From Clostridiales bacterium (GTDB lineage Bacteria; Bacillota; Dethiobacteria; Dethiobacterales; Dethiobacteraceae): a DNA stretch of 64,000 nucleotides. Shown one piece after another: positions 57,583 through 64,000 of the stretch. The translations under genes were made by a program, and so were the position numbers. Under the pieces are notes generated by a model. The model did no database searches. It saw only the letters and a list, made by a program, of their open reading frames with translations, and was not told the origin of the DNA. Position 1 is the stretch's first letter; the number at the start of each line of letters is the position of its first letter. The DNA lies in assembly GCA_018335855.1 (NCBI GenBank), contig JAGXRM010000060.1, positions 79,418 to 143,417 of the forward strand, written 5' to 3'.

Positions 57583-58350
57583 ATGCGCACACCAATTATT
57601 GCTGCGAACTGGAAAATGCATAAGACAACCGCAGAAGCGGCAGATTTTATCGGACAACTGGGTTCTGAGTTAAAGCATGATACTGTGGAAGTCGTGATTT
57701 GCCCGCCGTTTCCGCTACTCTGCAGGGTGAACGACGTCTGCCGGGAAAAAGGCTTGCGGCTCGGGGCACAAAATATGTATTGGGAAACAGCCGGTGCTTT
57801 TACCGGAGAGGTTTCACCGATGTTGTTAAAGGACATCGGTGTTCAGTACGTGATTTGCGGCCACTCCGAAAGGCGCCAGCTTTTTGGTGAAACAGACCAA
57901 CAGGTTGCCCGTAAGGTGAAAGCCGCATTTGCCGCGGAAATAATACCTATTATCTGTGTCGGTGAAACACTGCAGCAACGCCAGGCGGAGCAAACTGCCG
58001 CTGTTGTCGGAGAACAGATAACCATTGCTCTGGACGGGCTGGATCCGTCCCAGGTGCGGAGGCTGGTTATTGCCTATGAACCGGTTTGGGCTATCGGCAG
58101 TGGTTTGGCTGCCACAGGGACCGATGCCGGTATGGTCGCACAACAGATTCGTAAGTTAATTGGAGAAATGTACAGCTTAAGAACTGCCCGCGATGTTCGT
58201 ATTCAGTATGGGGGCAGTGTTAAGCCTAATAATATCCTGGAATTTATGAGTGAACCAGAGATTGACGGTGCATTAGTTGGCGGTGCCAGCCTGGACGCTA
58301 CTGTGTTTGCCGGCATTGTCAATGCTGTATCGGGGGCGCGTCGCGAATGA
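57583..58350 (+). CDS. tpiA: Triose-phosphate isomerase
   Basis: AANWKMHK, CGHSERR and AYEPVWAIGSG motifs. Confidence 0.98.
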   Translation: MRTPIIAANWKMHKTTAEAADFIGQLGSELKHDTVEVVICPPFPLLCRVNDVCREKGLRLGAQNMYWETAGAFTGEVSPMLLKDIGVQYVICGHSERRQLFGETDQQVARKVKAAFAAEIIPIICVGETLQQRQAEQTAAVVGEQITIALDGLDPSQVRRLVIAYEPVWAIGSGLAATGTDAGMVAQQIRKLIGEMYSLRTARDVRIQYGGSVKPNNILEFMSEPEIDGALVGGASLDATVFAGIVNAVSGARRE

Positions 58351-59909
58351 GCCGTCCAAAACCGCTGTTACTAACAATTATAGACGGCTGGGGCTTGGGC
58401 AGGAAGAAGGAAGGCAACGCAATAACACAAGCGAAAACTCCTTTCTATAACCTGCTCGTTGAGAACTACCCTGTTGCCCGACTTACGGCAAACGGGGAAG
58501 AAGTAGGCTTACCTAAAGGCCAGATGGGTAACTCAGAGGTGGGCCATTTAAATATGGGTGCCGGACGCATCGTTTATCAGGAACTAACCCGGATTACAAA
58601 GTGCATTGAACGGGGAGACTTTTTTCAAAACCCGGCACTACTCTCTGCAATAGATCATGTTGCTCAAAACAAATCTGCCCTGCATTTAATGGGACTTGTC
58701 TCCGACGGGGGAGTACACAGCCACCTTGTCCACCTGTTTGCGTTATTAAAGATGGCAAACACTGCCGGATTAAAAGATGTTTATGTACATGCCATCCTCG
58801 ACGGGCGCGATGTGGGGCCGACCAGTGCCCGGGAGTATCTTAACGCCCTGGAAGAAAAAATGGCTGAACTGCAGACCGGTCGCACAGCCACAGTAGCTGG
58901 CCGTTATTATGCCATGGACAGGGACAGGCGCTGGGAACGGGTTGAGTTAGCCTATCAGGCCATGGTGCACGGAGAAGGACAGATGGCTGCCGGTTCACTT
59001 CATGCGTTGGATATGGCGTATGAACGGGAAGAAAACGATGAATTTGTGCTACCTACAGTAATCCTCGATAATTTAGGCCGGCCGACGGCAAAAATTCGTG
59101 ATGAGGACGCCATCATCTTTTTTAATTTCCGGCCCGACAGAGCGCGGCAGATTACGCGCTCTTTCACGGAAGAAGATTTCTCTGAATTCAAACGCGGCGG
59201 TTCTCCACCGCTGCCTTATTTCGTCTGCCTTACCCAGTATGATGTAAAAATTGACGCATCGGTAGCGTTCCCACCGGAACACCCTGAAAATACCCTGGGA
59301 GAAGTGCTGGCGAATGCGGGACTTACACAACTACGGATTGCTGAGACAGAAAAATATGCCCATGTCACCTTCTTTTTCAGCGGCGGCTCAGAAAAGTACT
59401 TTGCGGGAGAAGAGAGGATTCTGATTCCCTCACCTAAAGTGCCCACATATAATCTCCAGCCGGAAATGAGTGCGCCTGAGGTGACAGACCGCGTTCTGGA
59501 AGAAATAGATAAAGACTATTTTGATGTGATTATCCTCAACTATGCCAATGCCGATATGGTCGGCCATACAGGAGTACTGGAGGCGGCAATCACCGCTGTG
59601 GAAACAGTAGATGACTGTCTTCGGCGGGTAGTGACCGCTGTATTAGCGAAAGGGGGCGTTGCCATTGTTACTTCTGACCACGGTAACGCGGAACAGATGA
59701 CTGCCGGGCACAGCACTCGGCCTTTTACGGCCCATACACCCAACCCTGTTCCCTTTATCTTAGTTTCAAACACACCCTACCGTCTGCATAAGACCGGAAT
59801 TCTGGCTGATGTTGCCCCAACGGTTCTGGAACTTTTGCATGTGCCTAAGCCGGTGGAAATGACTGCCAATTCGCTGCTCATTCAAACCGATGCAGATAAT
59901 GATAAGTAG
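58347..59909 (+). CDS. gpmI: 2,3-bisphosphoglycerate-independent phosphoglycerate mutase
   Basis: DGWG, MGNSEVGHLN, GGVHSH and SDHGNAE motifs. ATGA overlap with tpiA. Confidence 0.98.
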   Translation: MSRPKPLLLTIIDGWGLGRKKEGNAITQAKTPFYNLLVENYPVARLTANGEEVGLPKGQMGNSEVGHLNMGAGRIVYQELTRITKCIERGDFFQNPALLSAIDHVAQNKSALHLMGLVSDGGVHSHLVHLFALLKMANTAGLKDVYVHAILDGRDVGPTSAREYLNALEEKMAELQTGRTATVAGRYYAMDRDRRWERVELAYQAMVHGEGQMAAGSLHALDMAYEREENDEFVLPTVILDNLGRPTAKIRDEDAIIFFNFRPDRARQITRSFTEEDFSEFKRGGSPPLPYFVCLTQYDVKIDASVAFPPEHPENTLGEVLANAGLTQLRIAETEKYAHVTFFFSGGSEKYFAGEERILIPSPKVPTYNLQPEMSAPEVTDRVLEEIDKDYFDVIILNYANADMVGHTGVLEAAITAVETVDDCLRRVVTAVLAKGGVAIVTSDHGNAEQMTAGHSTRPFTAHTPNPVPFILVSNTPYRLHKTGILADVAPTVLELLHVPKPVEMTANSLLIQTDADNDK

Positions 59910-59917
59910 TTCTTTAA

Positions 59918-61219
<1,302 letters not shown>

Positions 61220-61228
61220 TCTGTTATG

Positions 61229-61257
61229 TTGTCTTTTGCACGTCACTGTGATAAAAT
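61229..61257 (+). promoter_or_regulatory. Candidate SigA promoter for secG (TTGTCT-N17-TAAAAT, TG-extended)
   Basis: Read directly. Confidence 0.4.
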
Positions 61258-61341
61258 ACTTAATGGTCCCGGTCGTCAAATGGCCGCAAAGCACTAAATC
61301 GAAATATTTCGAAAAATTCATCATGTGTAGAAGGAGGTTCT

Positions 61342-61572
61342 ATGATGACTGTCGTATTGAACGTAGTATTCCTTATCGCTTCCATCGGGCTTATCGCCTC
61401 TGTGCTGATGCAGTCCGGGAAGTCGGCCGGTTTGTCCGGTTCCATTGCCGGAGGCGCACAGTCTATGTTTGGCAAGAAGAAAGGGATTGACGATTTTCTG
61501 TCGAAACTGACTATTGTTTTTGCCGTTCTCTTCATGGTTTTAGCTATCGTTCTAACTTCTCTCATCGCTTAA
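61342..61572 (+). CDS. secG: Preprotein translocase subunit SecG
   Basis: 76 aa, two TM helices, LMQSGKSAGLSGSIAGG motif. Confidence 0.9.
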   Translation: MMTVVLNVVFLIASIGLIASVLMQSGKSAGLSGSIAGGAQSMFGKKKGIDDFLSKLTIVFAVLFMVLAIVLTSLIA

Positions 61573-61620
61573 CCCGCCCGCGGGATAAGATATTATAAAC
61601 AGAAGGAGGAGAAACTAAGT

Positions 61621-63603
61621 ATGGGTGTTGACAAGATTTTTTATTTCGCCCCTATCGCAGGACTGATTGGTTTGTTATTTGCTTTCTACCTTGCAGGTAA
61701 GGTAACTAGCGCAGATCCGGGCAATGAAAAGATGCAGGAGATCGCAAGTGCAATTCAAGAAGGGGCCATGGCGTTCCTACGCCGTGAATACCGGACCCTG
61801 GCAGTTTTCGTAATTATTCTTTTCTTCGTGCTAGGTTTTGCCATTAACTTCTCTACGGCCATTAGTTATCTGGTTGGTTCAGTGATGTCAGCCTTAGCTG
61901 GATTCATCGGTATGAACATCGCCACAAAAGCTAACGTCAGGACTACCAATGCCGCACGTCAAGGTACCAACGAAGCATTGACTGTTGCATTCTCCGGTGG
62001 TGCAGTTATGGGTCTTTCCGTGGTAGGTTTGGGTCTCTTCGGACTGGGAGTGCTCTACATAATCTTCCAGGACGCTTCTATCGTGAACGGATATGCCCTT
62101 GGCGCCAGTTCCATCGCACTGTTCGCCCGTGTGGGCGGCGGTATCTACACTAAGGCTGCCGACGTCGGCGCCGACCTGGTTGGTAAAGTCGAAGCCGGTA
62201 TCCCTGAAGACGATCCCCGTAACCCTGCTGTTATCGCTGATAACGTTGGAGATAACGTTGGAGACGTAGCCGGGATGGGTGCTGACTTGTTCGAGTCTTA
62301 TGTCGGTTCCATCATTGCTGCTATTACTATCGGTATTGTACAGTTCGGCATGGCCGGCGTAATTTTACCGATGATGGTTGCCTCAACCGGAATTCTTGCC
62401 GCAATTTTAGGAACCTTCTTTGTTAAAGCAAAAGAAGGCGTTAAGCTCTCCTCAGCTCTGGAGCGGGGAACACTGGTCAGCGGTCTGATTGTTATTATTG
62501 CTGCTTACTTCCTTACCAATGCTTACAACTTTGAATTCTCAGGCCTTGGTCCTTTCTATGCTGTCATCGCCGGTCTCATTGCCGGTATGGCAATCGGTCG
62601 GATCACCGAATACTACACATCTGACCACTACGGTCCTGTTAAAGGGATTGCAGAAGCTTCTAATACAGGTGCGGCCACGAATATCATCGCTGGCCTTGCC
62701 GTAGGAATGCGCTCCACCACACTGCCGTTGCTGGTGATTGCAGCCGCGATCCTAATTGCTAACGCCTCAGCCGGTCTCTACGGTATTGCCATCTCCGCCG
62801 TAGGCATGCTGGCCACTGCCGGTATGACCATCGCTGTTGACGCATACGGCCCCATCGCCGATAACGCCGGCGGTATTGCTGAAATGGCCGGATTAGACAA
62901 GTCCGTTCGTAAAATTACTGACGAACTGGATTCCATGGGGAATACCACTGCCGCTATTGGCAAAGGCTTCGCCATCGGTTCCGCAGCGCTTACCGCGCTG
63001 GCCCTGTTCTCAGCCTACACGCAAGCAGCTAACATTAGTACGATTAATATTACTGATGCTACCGTTATAGCCGGTCTGTTGATCGGAGGTATGTTGCCCT
63101 TCCTGTTCTCCGCTTTAACCATGGAAGCTGTTGGACGGGCAGCCTTTGAGATGATTGAGGAAGTCCGCAGACAGTTCAGAGAGATTCCCGGTATCATGGA
63201 AGGAACAGGCAAACCTGACCATGCCCGCTGTGTTGACATTTCAACCTCAGCCGCGCTGAAGCAGATGGTTATTCCCGGCCTGCTGGCCGTAGTTGCTCCC
63301 ATCATCACCGGTATCTTCCTTGGCAAAGAAGCCCTCGGCGGCCTGCTGGCCGGTGCACTGGTTACCGGTGTTCTGATGGCCATCTTCATGGCCAACGCTG
63401 GTGGCGCCTGGGATAACGCCAAGAAATACATCGAAGGCGGCGCCCACGGCGGTAAAGGATCCGAGACACATAAAGCTGCCGTCGTCGGTGACACCGTAGG
63501 TGACCCCTTCAAGGACACTTCCGGCCCCTCAATGAACATCCTCATCAAACTTATGAGTATCGTTGCCCTCGTTTTTGCCCCGTTTTTTGACAAATTCATC
63601 TAG
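61621..63603 (+). CDS. hppA: Membrane-integral pyrophosphatase (ion-pumping; K+-dependent-type signature)
   Basis: [21 protein letters not shown] and [10 protein letters not shown] motifs. [10 protein letters not shown] has Ala rather than Lys at the K+-independence position. Confidence 0.95.
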   Translation: MGVDKIFYFAPIAGLIGLLFAFYLAGKVTSADPGNEKMQEIASAIQEGAMAFLRREYRTLAVFVIILFFVLGFAINFSTAISYLVGSVMSALAGFIGMNIATKANVRTTNAARQGTNEALTVAFSGGAVMGLSVVGLGLFGLGVLYIIFQDASIVNGYALGASSIALFARVGGGIYTKAADVGADLVGKVEAGIPEDDPRNPAVIADNVGDNVGDVAGMGADLFESYVGSIIAAITIGIVQFGMAGVILPMMVASTGILAAILGTFFVKAKEGVKLSSALERGTLVSGLIVIIAAYFLTNAYNFEFSGLGPFYAVIAGLIAGMAIGRITEYYTSDHYGPVKGIAEASNTGAATNIIAGLAVGMRSTTLPLLVIAAAILIANASAGLYGIAISAVGMLATAGMTIAVDAYGPIADNAGGIAEMAGLDKSVRKITDELDSMGNTTAAIGKGFAIGSAALTALALFSAYTQAANISTINITDATVIAGLLIGGMLPFLFSALTMEAVGRAAFEMIEEVRRQFREIPGIMEGTGKPDHARCVDISTSAALKQMVIPGLLAVVAPIITGIFLGKEALGGLLAGALVTGVLMAIFMANAGGAWDNAKKYIEGGAHGGKGSETHKAAVVGDTVGDPFKDTSGPSMNILIKLMSIVALVFAPFFDKFI

Positions 63604-63613
63604 TCAAATTTCC

Positions 63614-63647
63614 AAAAAAGGACGGCGCGCAGCCGTCCTTTTTTTTA
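63614..63647 (+). terminator. Intrinsic terminator after hppA
   Basis: AAAAAAGGACGGC-gcgca-GCCGTCCTTTTTTTT. Confidence 0.9.
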
Positions 63648-63822
63648 TTGCATAGGAAATTATAACATTCAGGGAAGCTACGATCCTATGCAAGGGGGTT
63701 TTTAAGGGGGATTCCCCCTTAATCTTGCGGGGTGCTCAGGGTCCTCAGACCCGCCGAAGGGGCGGCAGCCCCTAGCGGAATAAAAAAGACGTTCATCTGA
63801 AAACGCAAAGCGTCTTTTTTAT

Positions 63823-63930
63823 GGGGTCAGGTTTGCAATTTGACGTCTCGGGCATCTTGGGGTCAGGTCTAACAATTGATCTAACTCCGGCATACATTAT
63901 AGCTGATAGTTAGATCAATTGTTAGACCCC
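63823..63930. repeat. Second locus of the GGGGTCAGGTyTAACAATTGA repeat family: one solo terminus plus a 72-bp mini-element
   Basis: GGGGTCAGGTTTGCAATTTGACGTC at 63823-63847. GGGGTCAGGTCTAACAATTGATCTAAC at 63859-63885 faces GTTAGATCAATTGTTAGACCCC at 63909-63930. Confidence 0.55.
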
Positions 63931-64000
63931 TGTTACCATATATTATCATTGTGCAGGATTTCATCGTAAAACAGGCGAATGTGTTATGAAAATGGTATAA

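Noticed and set aside
63015-63599. 194-aa ORF antisense to hppA (plus 63247-63471)
   Set aside because: Shadow ORFs within the pyrophosphatase gene. The Ala/Pro/Ser-rich low-complexity translation is typical of the antisense of a Gly/Ala-rich membrane protein.

Overview
This is a chromosomal, mostly housekeeping segment of a Gram-positive anaerobe. Gene content and order look like Clostridia of the Peptococcaceae/Desulfotomaculum type: hpf-secA-prfB, ftsEX-M23-Ctp, uvrBAC, rapZ-yvcK-whiA-rpoN, gap-pgk-tpiA-gpmI-eno-secG-hppA, and a two-subunit 2-oxoacid:ferredoxin oxidoreductase. The taxonomic guess is inference only. I call 59 protein genes, 3 of them tentative small ORFs below the 60-aa track cutoff. 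Only 6 are on the minus strand, and many adjacent genes overlap by 4-17 nt. I recognise two riboswitches: SAM-I before metK and preQ1-I before queF-yhhQ. prfB carries the programmed +1 frameshift. Several intrinsic terminators and a few near-consensus promoters are visible. I see no rRNA, tRNA, CRISPR array, transposase, integrase or obvious defence island, and no clearly novel multi-gene system. The parts worth a second look are listed here. (1) A MoxR/CoxD-like ATPase, a CoxE-like VWA protein and a CooC-type NTPase sit together, preceded by a TrxR-like flavoprotein that lacks NADPH motifs, with no CODH or hydroxylase nearby. (2) An orphan ImmA/IrrE-type HExxH protein overlaps the end of uvrC, and an unannotated RHH gene cassette lies upstream of uvrB. 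(3) A MITE-like inverted-repeat family (GGGGTCAGGTyTAACAATTGA) has copies at 26.2 kb and 63.8 kb. (4) A near-consensus sigma-54 -24/-12 promoter lies in front of rpoN itself. (5) A 20-bp palindrome is shared by the secA and gap leaders. (6) Two unrecognised proteins and a 25-aa peptide precede an HD-GYP/DUF5317 pair. All family assignments come from motifs read by eye. No database search was run.
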